Assembly (NCBI GenBank): GCA_049510875.1
Contig: JBEKYO010000005.1
Location: forward strand, 3,818 to 67,817
Length of the DNA: 64,000 nt
Direction: 5' to 3'
From: Steroidobacteraceae bacterium
GTDB taxonomy: Bacteria > Pseudomonadota > Gammaproteobacteria > Steroidobacterales > Steroidobacteraceae
Positions within the stretch are counted from its first letter, which is position 1; each line of letters starts with the position of its first letter. The position numbers were made by a program, and so were the translations under genes. The notes beneath the pieces were generated by a model. The model was not told the origin of the DNA. It worked only from the letters and a program-made list of their open reading frames with translations, and searched no databases. Positions 8,588 through 17,180 of this stretch are shown piece after piece.

Positions 8588-9781
8588 TTGATCGAAAGAA
8601 TAAATACCGCTGAGGCACGGAAGTTGCTTTCTCCTCCCGGTATGACAGCGTCAACACTCGAGCGAAGCAGCGATACGCGCGCCGACCTGCAGGCGGCCTT
8701 CCTGGCCTTCGGTTCGGTTTCCGAACAACTCTCCGGCGCCTTCGACGCACTGCGCGACCAGGTCGCGCACCTGCGCGCCGAATTGAGCGAGGCGCATGCC
8801 GGCAAGGAGCACCTCGCCGCGCGGCTGGCTGCCTTGGTCAGAGGATTGCCGGGCGGCGTGCTGGTGCTCGATGCGCACGGGCAGATCCAGGAATGCAATC
8901 CCGCCGCCGTGGAGCTGCTCGGCGAGCCGCTGCTCGCGCACCCCTTCGCGGCCGTGCTCGCGCGCGCCGCCGCCAGCGCCACGGGCATCGCCGAGCACAC
9001 GGAACTGCGCAGCGGCCGGTTCGTGAACATCTCGCGCCGGCATCTGGGCGGCGGCGGCGAGGTGGTGCTGCTGACCGACGTCACCGAATCTCACCTGATG
9101 CAATTGCTGCTGCGCCGTCAACAGCGCCTGCTGACGATGGGCGAGCTGGCGGCCGGACTTGCGCACCAGATTCGCACGCCGCTTGCAACCGCATTGCTGT
9201 ACGCATCGCAAATGGCGCTGCCCGACCGCAGCCGCGAGGACCTGCAGCGCTGCGGTGAAAGAACGGTCGGGAGCCTGAAGCAGCTCGATTCCCTGGTGAA
9301 CGACATGCTCGCGTTCGCGCACGGCGGCGCGGCGCGCGAATCGGTGAGCGTGAGCGCTCTGCTCGAACAGGTGGCGCAGTGGCTGCGGCCCGCGTTGCGG
9401 CGCGGCGTCCGCCTGACCATCCGCACCCAGGCCCCTGAACTCAAGGTCCGCGCCAACGCTCCGTCGCTGGTTTCCGCCGTGCTGAATCTGGCGACGAACG
9501 CGCTGCAGGCGGCCACGGCCGACCTCGAACTCGAACTGCTGGCGCGGCGCGGCGCGGACGGCCGCGCGCAGATCGTCGTCAGCGACAACGGACCCGGCGT
9601 GCCGGCGCACATTCGCGAGCGAATATTCGAACCCTTTTTCACCACTCGGGCGCGCGGCAACGGAATCGGCCTTGCGATCGTCAAGTCGGTGGTCGAGGCG
9701 CATCTCGGGAGCGTGCGTCTGGCCGAATCCGACAGCGGCGCCACTTTCGTCATTGATTTACCTGCAGAGGACAGAGCATGA
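8588..9781 (+). CDS. fleS: sensor histidine kinase FleS
   Basis: It has a PAS-like N-terminus (GGVLVLDAHGQIQECNPAAVELLG), an H-box (LAHQIRTPLA) and HATPase motifs (DNGPGVP, GNGIGLAIV). Its stop overlaps the fleR start. The start is uncertain: TTG 8588 or ATG 8642. Confidence 0.8.
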   Translation: MIERINTAEARKLLSPPGMTASTLERSSDTRADLQAAFLAFGSVSEQLSGAFDALRDQVAHLRAELSEAHAGKEHLAARLAALVRGLPGGVLVLDAHGQIQECNPAAVELLGEPLLAHPFAAVLARAAASATGIAEHTELRSGRFVNISRRHLGGGGEVVLLTDVTESHLMQLLLRRQQRLLTMGELAAGLAHQIRTPLATALLYASQMALPDRSREDLQRCGERTVGSLKQLDSLVNDMLAFAHGGAARESVSVSALLEQVAQWLRPALRRGVRLTIRTQAPELKVRANAPSLVSAVLNLATNALQAATADLELELLARRGADGRAQIVVSDNGPGVPAHIRERIFEPFFTTRARGNGIGLAIVKSVVEAHLGSVRLAESDSGATFVIDLPAEDRA

Positions 9782-11145
9782 ACAACATGATCGAATCGGT
9801 GTTGATGGTCGAGGACGACGCGGCGCTGCGCGAGGCGCTGCTCGACACGCTGCGCTCCGCGGGAATTGCCGCGCTCGGCGCGTGCGATGCCGCCACGGCG
9901 CTGCAGATGCTGGAGACCGAGGAAATCGCACTCGTCATATCGGACGTGCAAATGCCCGGGCCAAACGGCTACGAGCTTCTGTCCGCCATCAAACGCTCGC
10001 GGCCGGACGTGCCGGTGGTGTTGATGACCGCGTACGGCACCGTCGCGCAGGCGGTGGCGGCGATGCGCGAGGGCGCCACGGATTACATCGTCAAACCCTT
10101 CGACGCGAAGGCGCTGATCGACATGGCGCAGCGCCAACTCGCGGCCCGGGTGGTGCCCAACGAACTCGTGGCGGCGGACCCCGAGTCGAGGCGCGTGGTG
10201 AACCTCGCGCGCAAGATCGCGGAGAACGACGCCACGGTGCTCATCACCGGCGAAAGCGGCACGGGCAAGGAGGTCTACGCGCGCTTCATTCGCGATCATT
10301 CGGCGCGCGGCGACAAGCCGTTCGTCGCGATCAATTGCGCGGCGATTCCCGACAACATGCTCGAGGCCACGCTGTTCGGCTATGAAAAGGGCGCATTCAC
10401 GGGCGCGCTGGGCGCGCACGCCGGAAAATTCGAGCAGGCGCAGGGCGGCACCCTGCTGCTCGACGAAATATCGGAGATGGAACTGGGCCTGCAGGCGAAG
10501 ATCCTGCGCGTGCTGCAGGAGCGGGAGGTGGAGCGATTGGGCAGCACCCGCACCATCAGCCTCGATGTGCGGCTGATCGCGACCTCCAACCGGGATCTTC
10601 CGGAAGAGGTCCGCGCCGGCCGATTCCGCGCGGATCTCTACTACCGGTTGAACGTGATGTCGCTGCGGTTGCCGCCGCTGCGCGAACGGCGCGGCGATAT
10701 CCTGCCGCTGGCGCGCCGCGCGATGTCCTCGTGCGCGCGCGGCGGCCAGCTCTCCTTGAGCCTGTCGGCCGACGCCGAGCGCAAACTGCTGCACCATGAA
10801 TGGCCGGGCAACGCGCGCGAGCTGACCAACATCGTGCAACGGGCGGCTTGGCTCGCCAGCGGCGGCCAAATCACCGCGGCGGATCTCGACATCGGGTCGC
10901 TCGCCGGCGCGGCGCCACCGCCGGCGATCCCCGCCGCCGCCCAAGAGGCCGGCCTGGACCGCGACCTGAAGGAGCGCGAACGGGAATTGATCCTGGCGAC
11001 GCTGCGCGTGACGGGCGGCAGCCGAAAACTGGCCGCCGAGCGGCTGGGGATCAGTCCGCGCACGCTGCGCCACAAGCTGCAGCAGTTCAAGGCGGCCGGC
11101 GTCGCCGTGCCGCAGCTCCATGACACCCAATACGTGACGGCCTGA
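9778..11145 (+). CDS. fleR: sigma-54-dependent response regulator FleR
   Basis: It has a receiver domain (VLMVEDDAALRE...VISDVQMPG), an AAA+ core ([14 protein letters not shown]) and a Fis HTH (AAERLGISPRTLRHKL). Confidence 0.85.
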   Translation: MNNMIESVLMVEDDAALREALLDTLRSAGIAALGACDAATALQMLETEEIALVISDVQMPGPNGYELLSAIKRSRPDVPVVLMTAYGTVAQAVAAMREGATDYIVKPFDAKALIDMAQRQLAARVVPNELVAADPESRRVVNLARKIAENDATVLITGESGTGKEVYARFIRDHSARGDKPFVAINCAAIPDNMLEATLFGYEKGAFTGALGAHAGKFEQAQGGTLLLDEISEMELGLQAKILRVLQEREVERLGSTRTISLDVRLIATSNRDLPEEVRAGRFRADLYYRLNVMSLRLPPLRERRGDILPLARRAMSSCARGGQLSLSLSADAERKLLHHEWPGNARELTNIVQRAAWLASGGQITAADLDIGSLAGAAPPPAIPAAAQEAGLDRDLKERERELILATLRVTGGSRKLAAERLGISPRTLRHKLQQFKAAGVAVPQLHDTQYVTA

Positions 11146-11148
11146 GCC

Positions 11149-11487
11149 ATGAGCAGCATGCAAATCCAGCAGGTGCTGGCCGAAATGCGCGCGCTTTCCG
11201 CGCGCGCGATGGGCGGCTCCGGTGATGCCGCGCCGTTGGGCGCGTCGGCAGCGGGCGCGCAGCCCACCGACTTCGCGAATCTTCTGAAGAACTCGGTCGA
11301 CCACATTGCGACCATGCAGAATCAGGCGACTTCGATGGCCGCAGCCTATGAGTCCGGGGACAAGAGCGTCGATCTTACCAAGGTGATGCTCGAGGTGCAG
11401 AAGGCGAGCCTCGCGTTCCACGCCATGACGGAGGTGCGCAACAAGCTGGTCGACGCATACACGCAAGTCATGGGCATGCCGGTCTAG
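11149..11487 (+). CDS. fliE: flagellar hook-basal body complex protein FliE
   Basis: 112 aa. The C-terminal part DLTKVMLEVQKASLAFHAMTEVRNKLVDAYTQVMGMPV is the FliE signature. Confidence 0.9.
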   Translation: MSSMQIQQVLAEMRALSARAMGGSGDAAPLGASAAGAQPTDFANLLKNSVDHIATMQNQATSMAAAYESGDKSVDLTKVMLEVQKASLAFHAMTEVRNKLVDAYTQVMGMPV

Positions 11488-11539
11488 GAGTCGGTGCCGG
11501 TAGACCGCGTCAGATTCAACGATTCCAGAGGTTTGATTT

Positions 11540-13174
11540 ATGGCTGATCTCGTCCCCGTGGCGCCGCGCTCCCTCCTCGACATACCGGGGCTCAAACAGG
11601 CGGGCTTGCTCGCCGGCGTCGCCGCCGCCATCGCCGCGGCGATTTGGCTGGTCCTGTGGTCGCAGGGCCAGAACTACACCGTTCTGTACGGCCAACTCTC
11701 GGAGCGCGAGAGCGGCCAAGTCATGGACGCGCTGACCGCGGCCGGGATCGAATTCAAATTGAACCCGTCCGGAGCGGTGTCGGTGCCGGAGTCGAAGGTT
11801 CAGGAGGCGCGCATTCGCCTGGCCAGCCAGGGCCTGCCGCAAAGCGATTCGATGGGCATCGAAATGATCCAGAAGGACTCCGGGCTCGGCACCAGTTCGA
11901 TGATGGAGACGGCGCGCTATCAATCGGTGCTCGAGACCGAGCTGGCGCGCACCATCATCAAGGTGCAGGGCGTGCAAAGCGCCCGCGTGCACCTGGCGCT
12001 TCCCAAGGCGTCGGTGTTTCTGCGCGACGAGCGCAAGGCGACCGCCTCCGTGATGCTGCAGCTCTACCCGGGCCGGCGCTTGGAGCCCGGTCAAGTCGCC
12101 GCGATCGTGCATTTGGTCGCCTCGAGCGTGCCGGAACTCGGCCCGAGCGACGTCACCGTGGTCGACCAGGCGGGGTCGCTGCTCAATTCACCGGACGAAA
12201 GCGCGGAGGCGGCGGCGTCAACGCGCCAATTCGAATACACACGCAAGCTCGAGGAGACGTATCAGCAGCGCATCATCGAACTGCTGGAGCCCATCGTGGG
12301 CCCGGGCCGGGTGCGGGCGACGGTCACGGCGGATCTCGACTTCACGCAGACCGAGGAAACCCACGAAAACTACGATCCGCAGAAGACCGCCGTGCGCAGC
12401 GAGCAAACCAGCAGCGACATGCGCAAGAGCGCGGACGGCGCCGAGGGAATTCCGGGCGCGCTGTCGAACCAACCGCCCGGCACCTCCGGCGCGCCCGTGC
12501 TGCCGGGCGCAGCGCCCACGCCGGGGTCGCCGGCCAATGGCCAGACGGCGACGGCGAGCTCCGGCCCGAGCTCGACCTCCTCGCGCAGCACGCGCAATTT
12601 CGAGGTCGACCGCACGCTGTCGTATGTGAAGCAACCCACGGGCGTTCTGAAGCGCCTCTCCGTCGGCGTCGTGTTCGACGACTGGCAGAAGGCGGGCGCA
12701 GACGGAAAAATGACGACCTCGCCGATGAGCGAGAACGACATCAAGCGCTTCACGCAGCTGGTGAAGGAATCCATCGGCCTCAAGGACGACCGGGGCGACC
12801 GGCTCGACGTGATCAATCAGGCATTCAAAACCAACCCGCCGATTCCGCAGGTCGACGGCGCGCCGCTCTGGCAGCAGCCCTGGGCCACTCAGCTCGCGAA
12901 GCAAATCGTCGGCGCGGGCCTCGTACTGCTGGTCGCTCTGCTGATCTTGAGACCCTTGATGAAGTCGTTGACCAAGTTCCCCGCGCGCAGCGTGTCCAGC
13001 ACCGCGTCCTCGGATTTCGGCGGCGACAGGATCAGTCTTTCCGGCAAGGCCGAAAATGCCATCAAGCTTCAGCCCAGTTTTGAGCAGCAGATCGCGGCGG
13101 CTCGGACGCTTGTCGGGCAGGATCCGAAACGTGCCGCACAAGTCGTAAAGGATTGGGTCGCCGCCGATGGCTAA
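11540..13174 (+). CDS. fliF: flagellar MS-ring protein FliF
   Basis: 544 aa. Signature segments are YTVLYGQLSERESGQVMDALTAAGIEFKL and ARYQSVLETELARTIIKVQGVQSARVHLALPK, with a C-terminal TM segment. Confidence 0.95.
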   Translation: MADLVPVAPRSLLDIPGLKQAGLLAGVAAAIAAAIWLVLWSQGQNYTVLYGQLSERESGQVMDALTAAGIEFKLNPSGAVSVPESKVQEARIRLASQGLPQSDSMGIEMIQKDSGLGTSSMMETARYQSVLETELARTIIKVQGVQSARVHLALPKASVFLRDERKATASVMLQLYPGRRLEPGQVAAIVHLVASSVPELGPSDVTVVDQAGSLLNSPDESAEAAASTRQFEYTRKLEETYQQRIIELLEPIVGPGRVRATVTADLDFTQTEETHENYDPQKTAVRSEQTSSDMRKSADGAEGIPGALSNQPPGTSGAPVLPGAAPTPGSPANGQTATASSGPSSTSSRSTRNFEVDRTLSYVKQPTGVLKRLSVGVVFDDWQKAGADGKMTTSPMSENDIKRFTQLVKESIGLKDDRGDRLDVINQAFKTNPPIPQVDGAPLWQQPWATQLAKQIVGAGLVLLVALLILRPLMKSLTKFPARSVSSTASSDFGGDRISLSGKAENAIKLQPSFEQQIAAARTLVGQDPKRAAQVVKDWVAADG

Positions 13175-14174
13175 GCCGGATGAACTCGACGGGACGCAGC
13201 GCGCCGCCATTTTGCTCATGAGCCTGGGCGAACAGGACGCGGCCAACCTGCTCAAGCAACTCGACGCCAAGGATGTGCAGAGACTGGGCATGGCCATGGC
13301 GGAGCTGAAGGAGGTGTCGCGCGATCAGATGACCGAGGTGCTCGACAAATTCATCGGCATCGCCGACAGCAAGGCCGACATGGCGTCCCAGTCGCAGGAC
13401 TACGTCCGGCGCGTGCTGACGCAGGCCGTCGGCAAGCAGAAGACCGAATTATTGCTCGATCGCGTGTCGACGGGCCAAACGGGCCAGGGAATCGAGGCGC
13501 TCAAATGGATGGAAGCCAAGGCGGTGGCGCAAATCATCAGCGGCGAGCATCCCCAGATCGGCGCGATCGTGCTCGCACACCTCGAACCGGAGCAGTCGGC
13601 CAGCGTCCTGCCGTTGCTGTCGGATGAGATGCGCACCGAGATATTGATGCGGATTGCCTCGCTCAACGAGGTGCCCCAGTCGGCGCTCACCGAGCTCGAC
13701 CAGCTGGTCGAGAGACAGGCCAATGCCGCGCCGCCGTCGGCGCTGCGGCGCATCGGCGGCGCGCGCACGGTCGCCAACATCCTCAATTCGATGGAAAAGG
13801 AAAAGAGCGGCGAAGAACTCGGCAAGATCGAAAAAGCCGACGGCGAAATGCATCAGCAAATAAAGGACCTGCTGTTCGTCTTCGACAACCTGCTGGATGT
13901 CGACGACCGCGGCATTCAGGCGCTGCTGCGCGAAGTGGGATCGGATACCCTGGCGGTGGCCCTGCGCGGCGCCGAGCCCGAGGTCCAGGAGAAGATTTTG
14001 CGCAATATGTCGAAGCGCGCGGCCGAGATTCTCAAGGACGACATGGAAGCGCGCGGGCCGGTCAAACTCGTCGACGTCGAGGCGGCGCAAAAAGAGATCA
14101 TCGTGATAGCTCAGCGGCTGGCGGAAGAGGGCACCATCAGTCTGGGCGGCAAGGGGGGCGCCGATTTTGTCTAA
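13167..14174 (+). CDS. fliG: flagellar motor switch protein FliG
   Basis: 335 aa. Signature segments are GTQRAAILLMSLGEQDAANLLKQL, LLFVFDNLLDVDDRGIQALLREV and MSKRAAEILKDDMEARGPVKL. Confidence 0.95.
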   Translation: MAKPDELDGTQRAAILLMSLGEQDAANLLKQLDAKDVQRLGMAMAELKEVSRDQMTEVLDKFIGIADSKADMASQSQDYVRRVLTQAVGKQKTELLLDRVSTGQTGQGIEALKWMEAKAVAQIISGEHPQIGAIVLAHLEPEQSASVLPLLSDEMRTEILMRIASLNEVPQSALTELDQLVERQANAAPPSALRRIGGARTVANILNSMEKEKSGEELGKIEKADGEMHQQIKDLLFVFDNLLDVDDRGIQALLREVGSDTLAVALRGAEPEVQEKILRNMSKRAAEILKDDMEARGPVKLVDVEAAQKEIIVIAQRLAEEGTISLGGKGGADFV

Positions 14175-14799
14175 CGCATTCACCAAGGTGGCTGCCGCCG
14201 CCGCGGAGGTGTGGGCGGCTCCGGACATGGACAGCGCCGCGGGCGTCAAGGCGATGCCGACCGTCACCGGCCTCGCCGACCTGCAGGAGGAGGCCTACAA
14301 GGAGGCGTTCCAACAAGGTCTCGCGGAAGGCCGTGAAGCGGGCCGCGTGGAGATCCGCGCGCAGGTCGAGCGCCTGTCGGGCATGTTCTACGATCTGGCG
14401 AAGCCCTTCGAGGTGCTGGACGCGGAGGTGGAGCGCGAGTTGTTGACGCTGGCGATGGCCCTGGCGCGGCAAATCGTCCGGCGCGAATTGAAATCGGATC
14501 CGACGCAGATCATCGGGATCATTCGCGAGGCCATTGCGGCGTTGCCCGTCGCGGCGCGCGACGTGCGCGTCCATCTTCATCCCGAGGACGCGGCGATCGT
14601 TGCCGAGAATCTCGCCCCGACGATGAGCGACCGCGCGTGGACCATCGTCGAGGATCCGGTGATGGCGCGCGGCGGATGCCAGGTCACGACCCTCACCTCG
14701 CGTATCGACGCGCGCCTGGAGACCCGGTTGGGCGCGGTGTTGAGCGAATTGCTGGGCACCGAACGCCACGCGGCCCTGCGCAGCGGATCCACTCCGTGA
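14167..14799 (+). CDS. fliH: flagellar export ATPase regulator FliH
   Basis: 210 aa, positioned between fliG and fliI. The segment EEAYKEAFQQGLAEGREAGR...LALARQIVRRELKSDPTQIIGIIREAI fits FliH. The TTG start overlaps the fliG stop and is uncertain. Confidence 0.8.
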   Translation: MSNAFTKVAAAAAEVWAAPDMDSAAGVKAMPTVTGLADLQEEAYKEAFQQGLAEGREAGRVEIRAQVERLSGMFYDLAKPFEVLDAEVERELLTLAMALARQIVRRELKSDPTQIIGIIREAIAALPVAARDVRVHLHPEDAAIVAENLAPTMSDRAWTIVEDPVMARGGCQVTTLTSRIDARLETRLGAVLSELLGTERHAALRSGSTP

Positions 14800-16178
14800 G
14801 CGCCGCCGCTGCGAGGCCGCGGCCGAAGGAGTGGGCCGCGATGCTGGTGCGGGCGCGCGAGCGCACGGCCAATACGGCGTCGGTGGTCGTCGAAGGCACG
14901 TTGAGCCGCATGGTGGGCATGACCCTGGAGGCGGTCGGCTGCGAAGCCGCGGTGGGCGGGCGCTGCCTCATCGACACGGCCGAAGGCAAGCAGATCGAGG
15001 CCGAGGTCGTCGGCTTCTCCGGTGAAAAGCTGTTTCTGATGCCGACCGGCGACATGCGCGGCATCATGCCCGGCGCGCGCGTCATACCCATCAACAGCGT
15101 CAGCGAAATCGCGGTCGGCGATGCACTGCTCGGGCGGGTTCTCGATGGGGCGGGCCGGCCGCTCGACGGCCTGGGCGATTTGCGCTGCACCGAGCGGGTC
15201 TCGCTGGTGGGCGAGCCCATGAATCCCCTCATGCGCCGTGCCATTCGCGATCCGCTCGACGTGGGGGTGCGCTCGATCAACTCGTTGCTCACGGTGGGCG
15301 GCGGGCAGCGCATCGGCTTGTTCGCAGGATCCGGCGTGGGAAAGTCCGTTCTGCTCGGCATGATGACCCGCTACACCAAAGCCGACGTGACCGTCGTCGG
15401 ACTGATCGGCGAACGCGGCCGCGAGGTCCAGGACTTCGTCACCAACACGCTGGGACCCGACGGCATGCGCCGCGCCGTGGTAGTCGCGACTCCGGCCGAC
15501 AATCCGCCGCTGATGCGGCTGCACGGGGCGTGGCTGGCCACGGCGATCGCGGAGTATTTCCGCGACCGCGGCCTCAAGGTGCTGCTGCTGCTCGATTCGC
15601 TGACGCGCTTCGCCCAGGCGCAGCGCGAAATCGCGCTTGCGATCGGCGAACCGCCCGCAACCAAGGGCTATCCCCCGTCGGTTTTTGCGCGGCTCCCGCA
15701 GCTGGTCGAGCGGGCCGGAAACAGCGACCGCGGCGTCGGCTCGATCACGGCGTTTTATACCGTGCTTGCCGAGGGCGACGACCAGAACGATCCGATCGCC
15801 GATGCGGCGCGCGCCATTCTCGACGGCCACATCGTCCTGTCGAGGCGGCTGGCGGAAAGCGGTTTGTATCCGGCCATCGACATCGAAGCATCCATCAGCC
15901 GCGCCATGCATCAGATTGCGACGCGCGAACAACAGGATCTGGCCAACCGGTTCAAGCAGGTGTATTCCACCTACCAACAGAATCGGGATCTCATCACGGT
16001 GGGCGCGTACCGGCGCGGATCCGATCCGCGCGTCGACCTGGCGGTCGAACAGTGGCCCAAGATGCTGGATTTCCTGCGCCAGGATATGTACCAACCGCTG
16101 GGGATCGAACGTAGTTGCCAGGATCTGCGCCAACTCGTGACGCAGTTCTCGGCGCCTGCTCCCGCAACAGTTCGATAG
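14796..16178 (+). CDS. fliI: flagellum-specific ATP synthase FliI
   Basis: It has Walker A GSGVGKSVLLG, Walker B VLLLLDSLTRFA and the FliI/F1-beta-like segment TAFYTVLAEGDDQNDPIADAARAILDGHIVLSR. The GTG at 14796 overlaps the fliH TGA (GTGA) and gives 460 aa. The track ORF (14637) is over-extended. Confidence 0.9.
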   Translation: MSAAAARPRPKEWAAMLVRARERTANTASVVVEGTLSRMVGMTLEAVGCEAAVGGRCLIDTAEGKQIEAEVVGFSGEKLFLMPTGDMRGIMPGARVIPINSVSEIAVGDALLGRVLDGAGRPLDGLGDLRCTERVSLVGEPMNPLMRRAIRDPLDVGVRSINSLLTVGGGQRIGLFAGSGVGKSVLLGMMTRYTKADVTVVGLIGERGREVQDFVTNTLGPDGMRRAVVVATPADNPPLMRLHGAWLATAIAEYFRDRGLKVLLLLDSLTRFAQAQREIALAIGEPPATKGYPPSVFARLPQLVERAGNSDRGVGSITAFYTVLAEGDDQNDPIADAARAILDGHIVLSRRLAESGLYPAIDIEASISRAMHQIATREQQDLANRFKQVYSTYQQNRDLITVGAYRRGSDPRVDLAVEQWPKMLDFLRQDMYQPLGIERSCQDLRQLVTQFSAPAPATVR

Positions 16179-16186
16179 TGTCTCGC

Positions 16187-16639
16187 ATGACGAGATCCAA
16201 ACGATTCGAACCCATCCAGGAAATCGCCGCCTCCTCCGCCCAGGAATTGAGCAAAACGATGGGGGAGGCCGCCCGCCGCGTGGCGGACCTCGAGCGCCAG
16301 CTCGCGCAGTTGACGGCCTATCGCGATGAGTACCTGGGCACGGCGACCGCGAACGGCGGTTCCATCGACGCCGTGAAGCTGCAGAACTACCGCTCCTTTC
16401 TCGACCGCCTGGGCGAGGCGCTGCGCCAGCATCTGACCAAGCTCGACAGCGCGCGGGCCGACTACGAACGGCGGCGCTCGCAGTGGAGCGAAAAGCGCAT
16501 CGAGGCCGAGGCGTTGGACCGGGCGATCGACCGGTTTCGCAAACAGGAGCAGCACGTGGCCGACCAGCGCGAACAGCGTGAGGGCGATGACGCCGCCATG
16601 CGCATCTCGCTGGCCCGAGCCGACGCGGGCAATACGTAG
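16187..16639 (+). CDS. fliJ: flagellar export chaperone FliJ
   Basis: It is a 150-aa coiled-coil protein, MTRSKRFEPIQEIAASSAQELSKTMGEAARRVADLERQLAQLTAYRDEY, in the position after fliI. Confidence 0.8.
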   Translation: MTRSKRFEPIQEIAASSAQELSKTMGEAARRVADLERQLAQLTAYRDEYLGTATANGGSIDAVKLQNYRSFLDRLGEALRQHLTKLDSARADYERRRSQWSEKRIEAEALDRAIDRFRKQEQHVADQREQREGDDAAMRISLARADAGNT

Positions 16640-16682
16640 GTATATCATCCAGCATCGCCCGAGCGCGGCAGAGGCTGTTTGG

Positions 16683-16946
16683 ATGGAACCGAAAGAGAGC
16701 GAACCCGTCGTGGTCCCGCATACCGAGCTCGCGGCCGATGTGCTGCGGGCCGTGGTCGAGTCGTTCGTGCTGCGCGAGGGAACCGATTACGGCGAGACTG
16801 AAATCCCGCTCGATCAAAAGGTCTCGCGGGTGATGCGTCAGCTTGAGCGCGGCGAAGCGCAAATTCTCTTCGACCCGGGCACCGACAGCGTGGACATCGC
16901 GGCCGTTCGCCAGCGGCCGGGCGCGACGCCGCGCCGCCAGGTGTAA
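16683..16946 (+). CDS. yheU: YheU-family (UPF0270) small protein
   Basis: 87 aa from ATG 16683. The segment [56 protein letters not shown] closely parallels E. coli YheU ([40 protein letters not shown]) as I remember it. Confidence 0.7.
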   Translation: [87 protein letters not shown]

Positions 16947-17000
16947 TGGCATTTACTTGTGCGATTGTGCCTAATCCCGTTCAGTTCGTCGTTGAAATTG

Positions 17001-17080
17001 CCCAGGAAAAAGATAGGTAACATTCTGCGACCCTGGCGGAGTACAAGGGTCGCAGAATGTTACCTAATCTTTTTCCTGGG
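17001..17080. repeat. 80-nt near-perfect palindrome (34-bp arms, 11-nt loop, one bulged A), AT-rich
   Basis: The left arm is CCCAGGAAAAAGATAGGTAACATTCTGCGACCCT (17001-17034) and the loop is GGCGGAGTACA. The right arm is AGGGTCGCAGAATGTTACCTAATCTTTTTCCTGGG (17046-17080). I read this directly from the sequence. Confidence 0.9.
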
Positions 17081-17153
17081 CTTGAACCACCGAACAGTCG
17101 AGGCTATGCAGCTTAAATAAGCGCCATGCCTCCTGGGCCTGCCGAGGTGCGCC

Positions 17154-17169
17154 TGGCACGCGCATTGCA
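17154..17169 (+). promoter_or_regulatory. sigma-54 promoter (perfect consensus) upstream of fliK
   Basis: TGGCAC-GCGCA-TTGCA is an exact match to TGGCAC-N5-TTGCA. The -12 GC is at 17167-17168, and the fliK ATG follows at 17181. Confidence 0.7.
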
Positions 17170-17180
17170 ACGCAATCGGT

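Noticed and set aside
9118-11631. 837-aa minus-strand ORF over fleS/fleR/fliE
   Set aside because: It is an antisense shadow. The plus strand carries unmistakable HK, sigma-54 activator and FliE motifs.
14577-16952. 791-aa minus-strand ORF over fliH-fliI-fliJ-yheU
   Set aside because: It is an antisense shadow. FliI Walker motifs and FliJ/YheU sequences lie on the plus strand.
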